From Rhodobacteraceae bacterium HLUCCA12 (lineage in GTDB: Bacteria > Pseudomonadota > Alphaproteobacteria > Rhodobacterales > Rhodobacteraceae): DNA of 64,000 bases. The notes under the pieces are model-generated. The model was not told the origin of the DNA, searched no databases, and saw only the letters and a list, made by a program, of their open reading frames with translations. The translations under genes and the position numbers were made by a program. Below, piece after piece: positions 6,723-18,600 of this stretch (position 1 is the stretch's first letter; the number at the start of each line of letters is the position of its first letter). The DNA lies in assembly GCA_001314715.1 (NCBI GenBank), contig LJSV01000012.1:1760-65759 (forward strand), in the 5' to 3' direction.

Positions 6723-8021
6723 TCAGTCGTTCGTCAGGCGGGTGCGCAGTTCGGCAAGGGCAGCCATTGCCGCTTGCCGCGTTTCGGCCTGCGCCCGCCA
6801 GTCGGCCATCGCGTCGCGCGCGGGCTCGGGCAAGTTGTCCAACTCGCGCAGGGTCGCGGACAGATCGGATGCCCGCAGATGGGCTTCGGCGCGCGACAGG
6901 ATCGCGTCGGCATCGTCGCCTTCGCGCGGGACCAGCGATCGCGCGCCGGTCTGATTGCGCAGGAAGCGCACGACGCGGTCGGTGACCACAGTATCCTCGG
7001 GCATCGGTGCGGCGGCCAGTGCCGCGCGGGCGGCGTCAGGGAAATCGGCTTGCAATGCGCGCAGCTCGGGGATTCCCTGGCGGAACCGATCAAGCCCTTC
7101 GGGCAGATCGGTGATCGCGGCGATGGGGGCCAGGGCGTCGGGCGCCGGATCGCCGCTTTCGGCGGCAGCTTCGAGCCGGGCAAGCGCGGCGCGGGCCTCA
7201 AGCCGGTCCTGCGTCGCCTGCAATTCCTGCTGCGCGGTTTCGATGGCCTGTTCCTGTTCCTGCTGGCGGTCGCGCGCGGTGTCCAGCGCGTCGGCAATGA
7301 GGGTTTCGACCTCTTCGGCCAGGTCGTCCTCGAGTGTGGCGATGCGCGCTTCGAGTGCATCCAGTCTGTCGGACGGGTCATCGCGCGCCTCAAGGGCCGA
7401 CAAGCGGTCGTCGATCGGTTGCAGGTCGGGCTGTGCATCTTCCAGGGCGGCGACCCGTTCGGTCAATGTCTCGACCGTTGTGTCGGTCCTGCTGTCTTCA
7501 AGCGCGGCGATCCGCGCTTCGAGCGCCGAGGTATCGGTCGGCTGCCACCCGTGCGGAAAGAAGTAGAATACGGCACCAGTTGCGATCACCACAGCCACAA
7601 TGCCCCCCAGGATCATCGGAAGCGCCTCGGACCGGCGCCCGGCCGGGGTGGCGGTTTGCGATTCCGCGCCCGACTCGGACGTCGTTGCCGCAGGTTTCGC
7701 GGGCGAAGCCGACGCTGCCCGATCCTCGGTGCCGGTCGATGACACCGAGTCATCGGCTTTCGCTTCATCAGGCTGATCGCCTGATTGCGCGCCGCTCGTG
7801 GGCGTGGTCGTACCCGTCTCGCTTGCAGGGGGTGTTTCGGACGCCGCCGTGGTGGTCGGGGCACCTTCGGACGCAGGCGGGGTTTCTTGCGCCTCGCCTT
7901 TCCGGGTGCCGCCATCCTTCGTGGTTTTCGGGGCGCTCTCGGGCTGGATCGTGGTGTCCTTGTCGGCCGAGCCGGTGGTCTTGGCGCGCGGGCGCCTGGT
8001 TCCTGATCCGGTTCTGGCCAT
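6723..8021 (-). CDS. COG4223 / mitofilin-like inner-membrane coiled-coil protein
   Basis: Acidic low-complexity N-terminus, one TM, coiled coil, C-terminal GARSL...ILSRAEAHL...W..QA; position between hemD and hemY. Confidence 0.8.
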   Translation of the reverse strand: MARTGSGTRRPRAKTTGSADKDTTIQPESAPKTTKDGGTRKGEAQETPPASEGAPTTTAASETPPASETGTTTPTSGAQSGDQPDEAKADDSVSSTGTEDRAASASPAKPAATTSESGAESQTATPAGRRSEALPMILGGIVAVVIATGAVFYFFPHGWQPTDTSALEARIAALEDSRTDTTVETLTERVAALEDAQPDLQPIDDRLSALEARDDPSDRLDALEARIATLEDDLAEEVETLIADALDTARDRQQEQEQAIETAQQELQATQDRLEARAALARLEAAAESGDPAPDALAPIAAITDLPEGLDRFRQGIPELRALQADFPDAARAALAAAPMPEDTVVTDRVVRFLRNQTGARSLVPREGDDADAILSRAEAHLRASDLSATLRELDNLPEPARDAMADWRAQAETRQAAMAALAELRTRLTND

Positions 8022-8063
8022 GACTCTCTCCGATTATGATCCGGTTTGGTCGATCATTCCAAC

Positions 8064-8804
8064 TTAGTGGTTGCGGCGACCGGCCTCAAGGTTGGCGGTG
8101 CCGCACTGCGACAAAGCGATGCCGATGGCGCGCGACATCGCATCGGCATCGGGCGATTGCGCGATGATGCATCGCGCGCGCAGCGCGTCCGGCAGCCGAT
8201 CCGCGCATTTCGTACTGATCGCGACGATTGTCAGGGTCGCGGCCCGGCATGTGCCGATGCGCGCGGCGAATGCCTCGGCCGCGCGGGGTGAAAAAAGCGG
8301 GGCGACGATATGCGGTGTCGCGTCAATTGTGTGAAGGACCGTGGCTGGCCATGCCACCTCCCGGGCCTCATAGACCGCGACGCCGCGAATATCGAAGCCC
8401 AGGGGCGCGAGTTCGGCCACCAGGTCGCGGGCAAGGTGGCGGCCATGCACATGCACCAGCCGTTTGTTGCCGCCCGCACGCTTGAGATCGGCCAGCAGAT
8501 GCGCCGCGTCCCCGCCGGCGACATGCACCGTGAACCCTGCCGCGCGCGCCGCCGCGGCGGTTCCGGGGCCGACGCACCACGCCGGCACTTGCCCGGCCAT
8601 TCCGGCCACCGCGGGCACGGCGTTCGGCGATGTCAGCACCAGCGCGTCGGCGTCGTGCAGGCTCGACGGGTCGAAAGATAGCGGCACGATCTCGGTCAGC
8701 GGCGCGATCAGGCACCGGTGCGGCGGCCATTCGGACTGGCAGCGCCGCGCGAAACGCAGGGACTGCGCGCGCGGACGGGTCAGCAGAAGCAGCGAAAGCG
8801 ACAC
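8064..8804 (-). CDS. hemD: Uroporphyrinogen-III synthase
   Basis: LLLTRP at GTG start 8804, LVLTSPNAV, WCVGPGTA, AVYE, PLFSPRAA. Confidence 0.85.
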   Translation of the reverse strand: MSLSLLLLTRPRAQSLRFARRCQSEWPPHRCLIAPLTEIVPLSFDPSSLHDADALVLTSPNAVPAVAGMAGQVPAWCVGPGTAAAARAAGFTVHVAGGDAAHLLADLKRAGGNKRLVHVHGRHLARDLVAELAPLGFDIRGVAVYEAREVAWPATVLHTIDATPHIVAPLFSPRAAEAFAARIGTCRAATLTIVAISTKCADRLPDALRARCIIAQSPDADAMSRAIGIALSQCGTANLEAGRRNH

Positions 8805-8889
8805 GGCAAGCCTTTGAACGCGCGCCCATTGTCTGCGGCGCGGCGCGATGATACCTCCGGCACGGGCATGGGCGCAACACGGGGCCGCG

Positions 8890-9975
8890 ATGGACGGGCC
8901 GCTGACCTTTCTGGGCATCGAATCGAGTTGCGACGACACCGGCGCGGCCGTGGTGCGGCATGAACCCGGTGCGCGCGCCCGGATCTTGGCGAATGTGGTT
9001 GCCAGCCAGACCGATCTCCACGCGGCCTTTGGGGGTGTCGTGCCCGAAATCGCGGCGCGCGCGCATGTCGAAAAGCTGGATCTGGTGATCGAGGCGGCGC
9101 TGGAGAGGGCTCGGCTTGCGTTGCGAGATCTGGACGGTATCGCCGTCACCGCCGGGCCGGGCCTTATCGGTGGCGTGTTGTCCGGCGTGATGGTCGCCAA
9201 GGGGCTGGCGGCGGCGACCGGTCTGCCGCTGGTGGGGGTGAACCATCTGGCCGGTCACGCGCTGACCCCACGGCTGACCGACGATCTGCCCTTTCCATAC
9301 CTCGTCTTGCTGGTTTCCGGCGGGCATTGCCAGTTTCTGCGCGTCGAAGGCCACGAGCGTTTCACACGGCTGGGCGGGACGATCGACGATGCCCCCGGCG
9401 AGGCGTTCGACAAGACTGCCAAGCTTTTGGGACTGCCGCAACCGGGTGGTCCCGCCGTCGAGGCCGAGGCCGTCGCGGGCGATCCGGGGCGATTCCCGTT
9501 TCCGCGCCCGCTATTGGACAGGCCCGGTTGCGACATGTCGTTTTCAGGGCTCAAGACAGCCTTGCTCAGGGCGCGCGACGCCGTCGTGGCCGACAAGGGC
9601 GGGCTCTCGCGCGCCGACCGCGCCGATCTGTGCGCCGGGTTCCAGGCGGCGGTGCGCGATGTCCTGGCCGAGAAATCGCGCCGCGCGCTTGCGGCCAGTC
9701 CGGGCATCGGGGCCTTCGCCGTGGCGGGCGGGGTCGCGGCCAATGCCGCGCTGCGCGCCGCGCTTGAGGGTGTCGCCGCGGCGGCGGGCGCCACGTTCGT
9801 CGCCCCGCCACTGGCGCTTTGCACCGATAACGCCGCCATGATCGCCTGGGCCGGAATCGAACGGTTCCGTGGCGGCGGGCGCGACGACCTGACACTTGCG
9901 GCGCGCCCGCGCTGGCCACTTGACATGTCCGCCCCGGCGTTGCTGGGATCGGGAAAACGCGGCGCCAAGGCCTGA
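8890..9975 (+). CDS. tsaD: tRNA t6A37 threonylcarbamoyltransferase
   Basis: [42 protein letters not shown]. Confidence 0.96.
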   Translation: MDGPLTFLGIESSCDDTGAAVVRHEPGARARILANVVASQTDLHAAFGGVVPEIAARAHVEKLDLVIEAALERARLALRDLDGIAVTAGPGLIGGVLSGVMVAKGLAAATGLPLVGVNHLAGHALTPRLTDDLPFPYLVLLVSGGHCQFLRVEGHERFTRLGGTIDDAPGEAFDKTAKLLGLPQPGGPAVEAEAVAGDPGRFPFPRPLLDRPGCDMSFSGLKTALLRARDAVVADKGGLSRADRADLCAGFQAAVRDVLAEKSRRALAASPGIGAFAVAGGVAANAALRAALEGVAAAAGATFVAPPLALCTDNAAMIAWAGIERFRGGGRDDLTLAARPRWPLDMSAPALLGSGKRGAKA

Positions 9976-9989
9976 AAACCGGAGGAACC

Positions 9990-10265
9990 ATGCCCCTTTT
10001 CGCACTGATCTGCACCGACAAGCCCGACCACGAAGGGCTGCGCATGGCCACCCGCGCCGCCCATCTGGCCTATATCGAGGAAACCGGCGCCGTTGTGCAT
10101 GGCGGGCCGTTCGTGAACCCGCAGGGGGGCATGACCGGATCGCTGGTGATCCTGGATCTGCCGAACCGGGCCATGGCCGAAAGCTGGGCCGCCAACGACC
10201 CCTATGCCGTGGCCGGACTGTTCGGTGACGTGCGCATCGAGGAATGGAAGAAGGTGATCGGCTGA
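9990..10265 (+). CDS. yciI: YciI-family protein
   Basis: RxxTRxxHL, GPF, GSL, DPY motifs; GGAGG RBS. Confidence 0.88.
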   Translation: MPLFALICTDKPDHEGLRMATRAAHLAYIEETGAVVHGGPFVNPQGGMTGSLVILDLPNRAMAESWAANDPYAVAGLFGDVRIEEWKKVIG

Positions 10266-10690
10266 TGGCCCGCTGGCTGATGAAATCCGAACCCGACGTG
10301 TTCAGCTGGGATGACCTGGTCGCAAAAGGCGAGAAGGGCGAGGAATGGGACGGCGTGCGCAACTACCAGGCGCGCAACAACATGCGCGCGATGGTGCTGG
10401 GCGATCGCGTGTTCTTTTACCATTCCAATACCGGGCTTGAGATCGTCGGAATCGCGGAAGTCTGCGCGCTTGCGCATCCTGACAGCACGACGGATGATCC
10501 GCGCTGGGAATGCGTGGATATCCGCGCCGTCGAGCCGTTGCCGCGCCCCGTCACCCTGAAGGAAATCAAGGCCACGCCGGAACTGTCCGACATGGCGTTG
10601 GTCAAGTCGATGCGGCTGTCGGTGCAGCCGGTGACCGAGGCGGAATGGGCGCGGGTGTGCAAGATGGCGGGGTTGGACCGCGCGCGCTGA
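10265..10690 (+). CDS. EVE domain protein
   Basis: WLMKSEP, WDGVRNYQARNNM, FFYHS, RLSVQPV. Confidence 0.93.
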   Translation: MARWLMKSEPDVFSWDDLVAKGEKGEEWDGVRNYQARNNMRAMVLGDRVFFYHSNTGLEIVGIAEVCALAHPDSTTDDPRWECVDIRAVEPLPRPVTLKEIKATPELSDMALVKSMRLSVQPVTEAEWARVCKMAGLDRAR

Positions 10691-10720
10691 GCCCGCCGGG
10701 CGCGAGGACGGGTCCGGGGT

Positions 10721-10784
10721 AGGGGGCGTTGCCCCCTCTTGGCCTGCGGCCAATTCACCCCCAGCGTATTTCGCGCAAGATGAA
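10721..10784 (+). repeat. REP-like intergenic repeat, copy 1
   Basis: AGGGGGC-GTT-GCCCCCT C TTGGCC-TGC-GGCCAA TTCACCCCCAGCGTATTTCGCGCAAGATGAA, between convergent genes. Confidence 0.85.
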
Positions 10785-10845
10785 AGGCGAAGGGCGCGCG
10801 CAACCGTGGGCCTTGCGCCCCCTGAGCCCCTTTTGTCCGGCCCCG

Positions 10846-12246
10846 TCAGTAGCGGTAATGTTCCGACTTGTAGGGGCCATCGACCGTGACGCCGATATAA
10901 TCCGCCTGTTCGGGGGCAAGCTGGGTCAGCTTGACCCCGATCCGGTCCAGGTGCAGGCGTGCGACCTTTTCGTCGAGATGCTTGGGCAGGATATAGACCC
11001 CCGGCGCATAATCGCCGCTTTTGGTCCAGAGCTCGATCTGCGCCAGAACCTGGTTGGTGAAGCTCGCCGACATCACGAAGCTTGGATGCCCGGTGGCATT
11101 GCCGAGGTTCAGAAGCCGCCCTTCGGACAAGAGGATGATGCGGCTGCCCGAAGGCATCTCGATCATGTCCACCTGGTCCTTGATGTTGGTCCATTTGTGG
11201 TTCTTGAGCGCGGCGACCTGGATCTCGTTGTCGAAATGGCCGATATTGCCGACGATGGCCATGTCCTTCATCGCGCGCATGTGCTCGATGCGGATCACGT
11301 CCTTGTTGCCGGTGGTGGTGATGAAGATGTCGGCCGTGCCGACCACGTCTTCAAGCGTGACCACCTCGAATCCGTCCATCGCGGCCTGAAGGGCGCAGAT
11401 CGGGTCGATCTCGGTCACCTTGACGCGCGCGCCGGCACCGCGCAGCGACGCCGCCGAGCCCTTGCCGACATCGCCATAGCCGCAGACCACGGCGACCTTG
11501 CCCGCCATCATCGTGTCGGTCGCGCGGCGGATGCCGTCGACCAGCGATTCCTTGCAGCCATACTTGTTGTCGAATTTCGACTTGGTGACGGAATCGTTGA
11601 CATTGATCGCCGGGAACGGCAGCAGGCCCTTCTTGTGCAGGTCATAGAGGCGGTGCACGCCGGTGGTGGTTTCCTCGCTCACGCCCTTGATCGCGTCGCG
11701 CTGTTTGGTGAACCAGCCGGGGCTGGCGGCCAGGCGCTTGCGGATCTGGGCGAAAAGGCATTCCTCTTCCTCGGATGTGGGCGTCGCGATCAGGTCGGTT
11801 TCGCCGGCCTCGACCCGCGCGCCCATCAGGATGTAGAGCGTTGCATCGCCGCCGTCGTCCAGGATCATGTTGGCGGTGCCGCCTTCGCCGCCGAACTGGA
11901 AGATCTTGTCGGTGTATTCCCAGTATTCCGACAGGCTTTCGCCCTTGACGGCAAAGACCGGGGTGCCGCCTGCCGCAATGGCCGCGGCGGCGTGGTCCTG
12001 CGTCGAAAAGATGTTGCACGAGGCCCAGCGCACATCGGCGCCCAGCGCCTCGAGCGTCTCGATCAGCACGGCGGTCTGGATGGTCATGTGCAGCGAGCCC
12101 GCGATCCGCGCACCCTTGAGCGGCTGATCCTTGCCATATTCGTCGCGGCAGGCCATGAGCCCCGGCATCTCGGTCTCGGCGATGGCGATTTCCTTGCGGC
12201 CGAAATCGGCCAGGGCAATGTCCTTGATGATATGGTCTTGCGCCAT
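10846..12246 (-). CDS. ahcY: Adenosylhomocysteinase
   Basis: [43 protein letters not shown]; start MAQDH at 12246. Confidence 0.97.
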   Translation of the reverse strand: MAQDHIIKDIALADFGRKEIAIAETEMPGLMACRDEYGKDQPLKGARIAGSLHMTIQTAVLIETLEALGADVRWASCNIFSTQDHAAAAIAAGGTPVFAVKGESLSEYWEYTDKIFQFGGEGGTANMILDDGGDATLYILMGARVEAGETDLIATPTSEEEECLFAQIRKRLAASPGWFTKQRDAIKGVSEETTTGVHRLYDLHKKGLLPFPAINVNDSVTKSKFDNKYGCKESLVDGIRRATDTMMAGKVAVVCGYGDVGKGSAASLRGAGARVKVTEIDPICALQAAMDGFEVVTLEDVVGTADIFITTTGNKDVIRIEHMRAMKDMAIVGNIGHFDNEIQVAALKNHKWTNIKDQVDMIEMPSGSRIILLSEGRLLNLGNATGHPSFVMSASFTNQVLAQIELWTKSGDYAPGVYILPKHLDEKVARLHLDRIGVKLTQLAPEQADYIGVTVDGPYKSEHYRY

Positions 12247-12284
12247 CGGGGCGGGCTCCTTGCAATACGAATTCAACTTGGCGT

Positions 12285-12313
12285 CAGATAGCATCGACCA
12301 CGGGGGCGGGCAA
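12285..12313 (-). promoter_or_regulatory. Candidate sigma70 promoter for ahcY
   Basis: TTGCCC-N17-TATCTG. Confidence 0.45.
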
Positions 12314-12320
12314 TGGCGGC

Positions 12321-13529
12321 TCAGCCGCCTGCGCGGTTCAGGCGCGGCAGGAAGATCGTCAACAGCCCCAGCGCAGGCAGATACGAACACAGGCGGTAGA
12401 CGTATTCAATGCCGCGGGCGTCGGCCAAGACACCCAGAGCCGCCGCCGCCAGCCCGCCGATGCCGAAGGCCAGGCCAAAGAACAACCCCGCGATCATGCC
12501 GACCCGACCCGGAACCAGTTCCTGCGCGAAGACCACGATCGCCGGAAAGGCCGATGCCAGGATGAAGCCCACGAGAACGGTCAGCACGCCGGTCCAGAAC
12601 AGGTTCGCATAGGGCAGCATGAGGGTGAAGGGCAGCACGCCGAGGATCGAGAACCAGATCACCCAACGAACCCCGAACCGATCCCCCAGAATGCCGCCCA
12701 GCATCACCCCCAGCGCGGCGGCCCCAAGGAACAGAAACAGCATCATCTGCGCCGCCTGGGTGGACAGCGCGAAACGTTCGATCAGGAAGAAGATGTAATA
12801 GCTTGAAATGCTGGCGGTGTAGACGTTCTTGGAGAACACCAGGAATGCCAGCACCGCGATGGTGATGACCACACGGCGGCGCGGCAGGGCGACGGGCGCG
12901 GATGGCACCGGGCGGCGCGCGGCGGCGCGCCGGTGCCCCTCGTGCCAGCGCCCGATCCCGGCTAGGATCGTCATGCCCAGAAGGGCCAACGCGGCGAACG
13001 CGGCCACCGCTGCGCGCCCCAGCGGCACCACGATGAACGCCGTCAGAAGCGGGCCGAGGGCGTGGCCGGTGTTGCCGCCCACCTGAAACAATGATTGCGC
13101 GGTGCCGAAGCGCCCGCCGGCGGCGGCGCGCGCCACGCGGCTGGCCTCGGGGTGAAACACCGCCGATCCGATGCCGATCAGCGCCGCCCCGGTCAGCAGC
13201 CAGGGGTAGGACGGCCCCACGGCCAGCAGGACAAGACCCGACAAGGTCGAGCCCATGCCCAAGGCCAGCGAATGCGGCACCGGCTTGCGGTCGGTGAACA
13301 ACCCGACCAGCGGCTGAAGCACCGATGCGGTGCCCATGAACGCCAAAGTCATCAACCCGATCTGGGTGAAGCTCAGCGCGAATTCGGCCTGAAGCAGCGG
13401 ATAGATCGCGGCCAGCAGCGATTGCATCACATCGTTGATCATGTGGCACAGGCTGATCGCCACGAGGATCAGATAATGCGTGCGCATCGTATCCGCTGGC
13501 TGCGAAAGCGGCGTCGAGGGGCTGGTCAT
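12321..13529 (-). CDS. MFS transporter, Fsr (fosmidomycin resistance)-like
   Basis: About 12 TM segments; [28 protein letters not shown]. Confidence 0.85.
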   Translation of the reverse strand: MTSPSTPLSQPADTMRTHYLILVAISLCHMINDVMQSLLAAIYPLLQAEFALSFTQIGLMTLAFMGTASVLQPLVGLFTDRKPVPHSLALGMGSTLSGLVLLAVGPSYPWLLTGAALIGIGSAVFHPEASRVARAAAGGRFGTAQSLFQVGGNTGHALGPLLTAFIVVPLGRAAVAAFAALALLGMTILAGIGRWHEGHRRAAARRPVPSAPVALPRRRVVITIAVLAFLVFSKNVYTASISSYYIFFLIERFALSTQAAQMMLFLFLGAAALGVMLGGILGDRFGVRWVIWFSILGVLPFTLMLPYANLFWTGVLTVLVGFILASAFPAIVVFAQELVPGRVGMIAGLFFGLAFGIGGLAAAALGVLADARGIEYVYRLCSYLPALGLLTIFLPRLNRAGG

Positions 13530-13697
13530 GGCTGGTCCGGTCAGGCTTTTGCACCGGCGAAAAGACGCGCGCGCTCGGTGAAAGTCAAGTCAGCGGCGGG
13601 GCCGGGCGGATTCCTGCGTCTGCGCGGGTTGTTCCGGTCGGTGCCGGGCTATCCTGTTGTTAGCCGCGCCGCTTCGTGCGAAAAAGACGGCATTGAC

Positions 13698-15596
13698 ATG
13701 GAAGGCGATCGGGACCGGGGTTTCGTGCAAAGCAAAGGCGGACCAAACATTCTGAGCGGTCGGTGTCGTGCCGGGGGCGCAATTCCCCGGCGGGTTCTGC
13801 CGACCCTTGCCCTTTCGGCGGGGCTTGCGTTGGTGCCGGCCGCGCGCGATGCGGTCGCGATGTCGGATCTGCGCTTCGAGGTGCCAGGCGCGTCCGAGGA
13901 GTTGCGCGCAGACATCGAGGCCAGCTCGCTTCTGGCAACGGCCGAGCGTGAGGGGCAGACGGACCCGCTGGATGTGACCTCGGCCGCGCAGGCCGAATAC
14001 GGGCGGCTGATCGGTTTGTTTTACGAAGAGGGGTATTATGCCCCGCGCATCAGTATCCGGATCGACGGGCGCGAGGCCGCCGATATCTCGTCGCTTGATC
14101 CGCCGCGCGTGATCGACGAGGTCGCGGTCACGGTCGAACTGGGGCCGCGCTTTCGCTTTGGCCGGACCGAGATCACGCCGCTGGCACCGGGAACCGCGCT
14201 GCCCGAGGATTTCGCGCCGGGCGGCATCGCCCGCAGCACCCTGGTGCGCGATGCCACCGGCGCGGCGGTCGATGGCTGGCGCCAGCAGGGCCACGCCCTG
14301 GCCGATACGGCCGAACAGGACGTGACCGCCGATCACGCCGCGCGCGAACTCGATGTGCGGGTCCACATCGCGCCGGGGCCGCGCCTGCGTTTCGGGCAGG
14401 TCCAGCCCAGCGGCAACGAACGCACCCGCTCCGAACGCATCGTAGAAATCGCGGGCGTCAACACGGGCGAGGTGTTCGACCCCGACGACGTGCAGCGCGC
14501 CGAAAGCCGCCTGCGGCGCACGGGCACCTTTGCCTCGGCCGCCTTGCGCCCGGCGGAAGAGGCCAACGAGGACGGCAGCATCGACATGGATGTCCTGGTC
14601 GAGGAAGCCCCGCCGCGCCGGATCGGTGTCGGTGCCGAGATCGACAGCACGTCCGGTGTGCGGCTGACCGGGTTCTGGCTTCACCGCAACCTTCTGGGCG
14701 GTGCCGAGCGGTTGCGTCTGGAGGCCGCGATCGAGGGGATCGCGGCGCGGGTCGGTGGGTTGGGGTTCTCGCTGGATGCGCGCTACACGCGCCCGGCCAC
14801 GCTGGACAGCGATACCGACCTGGAACTGGGACTGCGCGCGGTGCGCGTGGACGAACGCGACTATGGCGCCGATTCGGCTGAGGCCGAGGTCAGTTTCCTG
14901 CGCCGGTATTCCGAACGGTTGACCGGACACGCCGGGTTGTCGTTCCGGTTCGAGCGGGCGCGCTATGGCGCCGGACGCAGCCTTCGCGGCAATTTCGGCA
15001 CCGTTGCACTGCCGGTCGGCCTGACCTGGGACGACCGTGATCGCCCGCTCGATGCCACCAGCGGCTATTATCTGCTGGCCGAGGCGATGCCCTATGCCGG
15101 TTTTGATCAGGCTGACCACGGGCTGCGCCTGGAAATGGATGGACGCGCCTATACCGACCTTGGAACCGAAGGCCGGTTCGTGCTGGCGGGGCGCGCGCAG
15201 ATCGGTGCGATCTGGGGCAGCGCGCTGTCGGCCACGCCGCGCGATTTCCTGTTCTATTCGGGCGGCGGGGGCACGGTGCGCGGCTTACCGTTCCAGTCGC
15301 TCGGTGTCAGGCAGGGTGGTGTGAACTCGGGCGGTCGCGGCTTCGCGGCCCTGTCCGGGGAACTGCGCGCACGGGTTTCTGAACGCTTCGGACTGGCCGT
15401 GTTCGCCGATGCGGGCTATGTATCGGCAGGGACGTTCGACGGCGCCTCGGATTGGCATGCCGGTGCGGGGGCGGGGGTGCGCTACAATACCCCCATCGGC
15501 CCGATGCGGCTGGACATCGCCGCGCCCTTGCGCAGGAACGCGCGGGCGGCGGGCAGCGGCATTCAGATCTATCTGGGGATCGGTCAGGCATTTTGA
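13698..15596 (+). CDS. tamA: TamA (Omp85-family) outer-membrane translocase
   Basis: Signal peptide, POTRA-like repeats, FYSGGGGTVRG loop, YNTPIGPMRLD, C-terminal IGQAF; start uncertain (13698 or 13725). Confidence 0.9.
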   Translation: MEGDRDRGFVQSKGGPNILSGRCRAGGAIPRRVLPTLALSAGLALVPAARDAVAMSDLRFEVPGASEELRADIEASSLLATAEREGQTDPLDVTSAAQAEYGRLIGLFYEEGYYAPRISIRIDGREAADISSLDPPRVIDEVAVTVELGPRFRFGRTEITPLAPGTALPEDFAPGGIARSTLVRDATGAAVDGWRQQGHALADTAEQDVTADHAARELDVRVHIAPGPRLRFGQVQPSGNERTRSERIVEIAGVNTGEVFDPDDVQRAESRLRRTGTFASAALRPAEEANEDGSIDMDVLVEEAPPRRIGVGAEIDSTSGVRLTGFWLHRNLLGGAERLRLEAAIEGIAARVGGLGFSLDARYTRPATLDSDTDLELGLRAVRVDERDYGADSAEAEVSFLRRYSERLTGHAGLSFRFERARYGAGRSLRGNFGTVALPVGLTWDDRDRPLDATSGYYLLAEAMPYAGFDQADHGLRLEMDGRAYTDLGTEGRFVLAGRAQIGAIWGSALSATPRDFLFYSGGGGTVRGLPFQSLGVRQGGVNSGGRGFAALSGELRARVSERFGLAVFADAGYVSAGTFDGASDWHAGAGAGVRYNTPIGPMRLDIAAPLRRNARAAGSGIQIYLGIGQAF

Positions 15597-15601
15597 AACG
15601 A

Positions 15602-18600
15602 ATGTCACAGCACTTGCGGATTTCAGGCATACGGGCGTTTCGCAGCCCGTGGATGCGTGGGTTCGTGCCCCTGGCCGCTGCGCTGTTGCTGATCTTCGCG
15701 CTGATGGTCCCGCCCGCACTGTCGCAACAAGCCGACGATGCGCAAGACGATGTCGGCCTGCTTGCGGGTCTTCTGCAATCCTATCTGTCGGATGCGGGGC
15801 GCGAGGTCAGCATTCGCGGGTTCCAAGGCGCCCTGTCGTCGCGCGCGACTATCCGTCGGTTGTCGATTGCCGATGATGAAGGCACCTGGCTGATCTTGCG
15901 CGACATCGTGCTGGACTGGAACCGCGCCGCCCTGTTCGACCGGCGTGTCGCGGTCAACGAGCTGAGCGCGGGCAGGATCGAACTGTTGCGCCTGCCGTCC
16001 ACGGGCGATGACGATGGCCTTCCCAGCCCCACGGCGCGCGCCGAGTTCAATCTGCCCGAATTGCCGGTGTCTGTGAATATCGGTGAATTGCGCGCCGATG
16101 AGGTCGTGATCGACGAATCCGTGACCGGGCAGCGTGCCGCGCTGACGCTGGAGGGGGCGATGCAGCTTTCCGATGGCGAAGGCACAGCCTCGTTCGAGGC
16201 GCGGCGCACCGATGGGCAAGAGGGGACGTTCAGGTTCTCGGGCGTTTTTGACAATACCAGCCGCAACCTGTCTCTCGATCTGGTCCTGTCCGAAGGGCCT
16301 GAGGGGATCGCGGCCTCGCTTCTGAACATACCTGATCGCCCGGCACTGGCGCTGATGGTGGCCGGCGAAGGGCCCATCGACGATTTCGAGGCCGAGATCG
16401 GCCTGTCCAGCGATGGGCAGGAACGTGTCTCCGGCACCGTGCAGCTGACCGACGCCACGCCCCAGAGCGACTTGCCTGATGGGTTGCATTTCATTGCCGA
16501 TATCGCGGGCGATCTGCGCCCGCTTATGGCCGAGGAAATGCATCCGTTCTTCGGGTCCGAAAGCCGCCTGCGGGCGCAGGGTGCGCGCGCGGACGACGGC
16601 GCGATCAGCCTATATGAGCTGACGTTCAACACCCGGACCGCCCGCCTTGTCGGGCGCGCCGATTTCGGCTCTGACGGATTGCCGCGCGTCGTCGACCTGA
16701 TCGCCGATGTCGCGCGCGAAGACGGCGAGCCGGTCGCCCTGCCCGGCGGCGATGGCGAGATCACGCTGGATGAAGCCGCGCTCGATATCGCCTATGACGC
16801 GTCGCAGTCGCGCGACTGGCTGATCACGGCGGGGATCGATGGATTGAACACGGTTCAGGGCGCCGTCGAGCGTCTCGACCTGGATGCGCGCGGTCGCCTG
16901 GCACCCCCCGGCACCGATGACGAGCCCGGACCGCTGTTCGAAGGCGTGTTCGATTTTGCCGCGCTGGGGATCGATGCGGCAGATCCGGCGATGCAGCAAG
17001 CGATTGGCGATTCGGTTTCGGGTTTCATGAGCATGGAATGGCCGGGGATGGGCGAGCCGGCACAAATCACCGGACTGGGGGTCGAGGGCGATACTGCCGC
17101 GCTGTCCGCCTATGGCACGCTTGACGGCACGACCTTCGACGGTTTCATCGAGGCCGAGGCCCCGGACCTGTCGGACTTCTCGGGACTGGCTGGACGATCG
17201 CTGGCAGGTCATGCCCTGTTTTCATCGACCGGGCAGGCCAATTTGCTGACCGGGGCCCTTGATCTGGAGCTCGGGCTAAGGACCACGGACCTGTCAGTCG
17301 ATCAGCGCGAGTTCGACAATCTTGTCGCCGGCGAGGCCAGTATCCGCGCCGATGTCATTCGCGACCAGTTGGGAACGATCCTGCGCGATTTCTCGCTGAG
17401 CGCGGGCGCACTGGAACTGCGTGCCGCCGGACAGCATCTGCCCGGTGACATCCATGTCTATACCAGCGCCGAAATCGCCGATCTGGGCGCGCTGGGTCCC
17501 GGATATGGCGGCGCAATGAGCCTGGATACACGTCTGCAAAGCGATGAAGAGCGCCAGTCGATCCGTCTGGACGCCACGGCACAGGATCTGGCGCTGGGCG
17601 ATCTGCCGGGTGCCGAAGCGGTGAGCGCGCTGTTTCAGGGCCGGACCGAGATCATGGCCGAGGCGGACATGGATGGTGACCGGATCACCGTGCGCGACGC
17701 CCGGATCGACGGGCCGCAGATCGCGTTTGCGGTCCAGGGCCTGTGGTCGGATGCCGAAACCGATATGTCGGCGAGGCTGTCGCGGCTGGATATCGACGGC
17801 GTCCTGCCCGGCGCATCGGGGCGACTGGCGGGGCAGGCGGCGGTGACCGGCGATGACACCGCGCGCCGTATCGACCTGGATCTGGCCAGCGACGGTCGCC
17901 TGCGCACCGGCATGTCTGAAATTGACGGCCTGATCGGTGATCGTCTGGCGCTGGATCTGGCCGTGATTCTTGGCGCAGACAATGCGGTGGCGATCGAGGC
18001 CGCGGAGCTGCGAACCCAGGCGCTCACCGCTTCGGCCAACGGGCGGCAGGGCGCCGACGGGGCGGCCGATTTCGAACTTACGGGTGCGGTCGATTCGCTG
18101 GGACGGGCGGTGCCTGGCCTTGACGGTGAAGCGCGGCTGCAAGCCAGTCTGGCGCGCGCGGCGGGCGAGGAAAGCTATGCCACGCGGTTTTCCTTTTCCG
18201 GTCCATCCGGGCTGACGATGAATGGCAATGGCCGGGTGCGCGATGACTTCTCGGATCTGGATCTCGATCTCGACGGCGAGGTGGATGCGGCGATCGCCAA
18301 CCCCCTGATCCGGCCCTTCACCGTGCAAGGCGCCGTGCGCCTGGACGCGCGGGTTGACGGACCTCCCGCCATCGGCTCGCTGCGCGGGCAGGCGGTGGTG
18401 TCCGGCGGGCGTTTCGTCGCGCCCGATGACAACGTGGCCTTCGGCAATATCGAGGGAAGCGCCGAGCTGATGGGGCAGTGGGCCCAGGTCGAATTGACTG
18501 GCGAGGCCGAGACGGGTGGTCGTGCCTCCATCTCTGGCGGGGTGGGGCTGAACGGGCGCCGCGATGTCGATCTGGGCCTGAGCGCCGAGCGGTTGCGGAT

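Noticed and set aside
12247-12320. SAH riboswitch upstream of ahcY
   Set aside because: The leader after the predicted promoter is only ~35 nt, with no recognisable aptamer.
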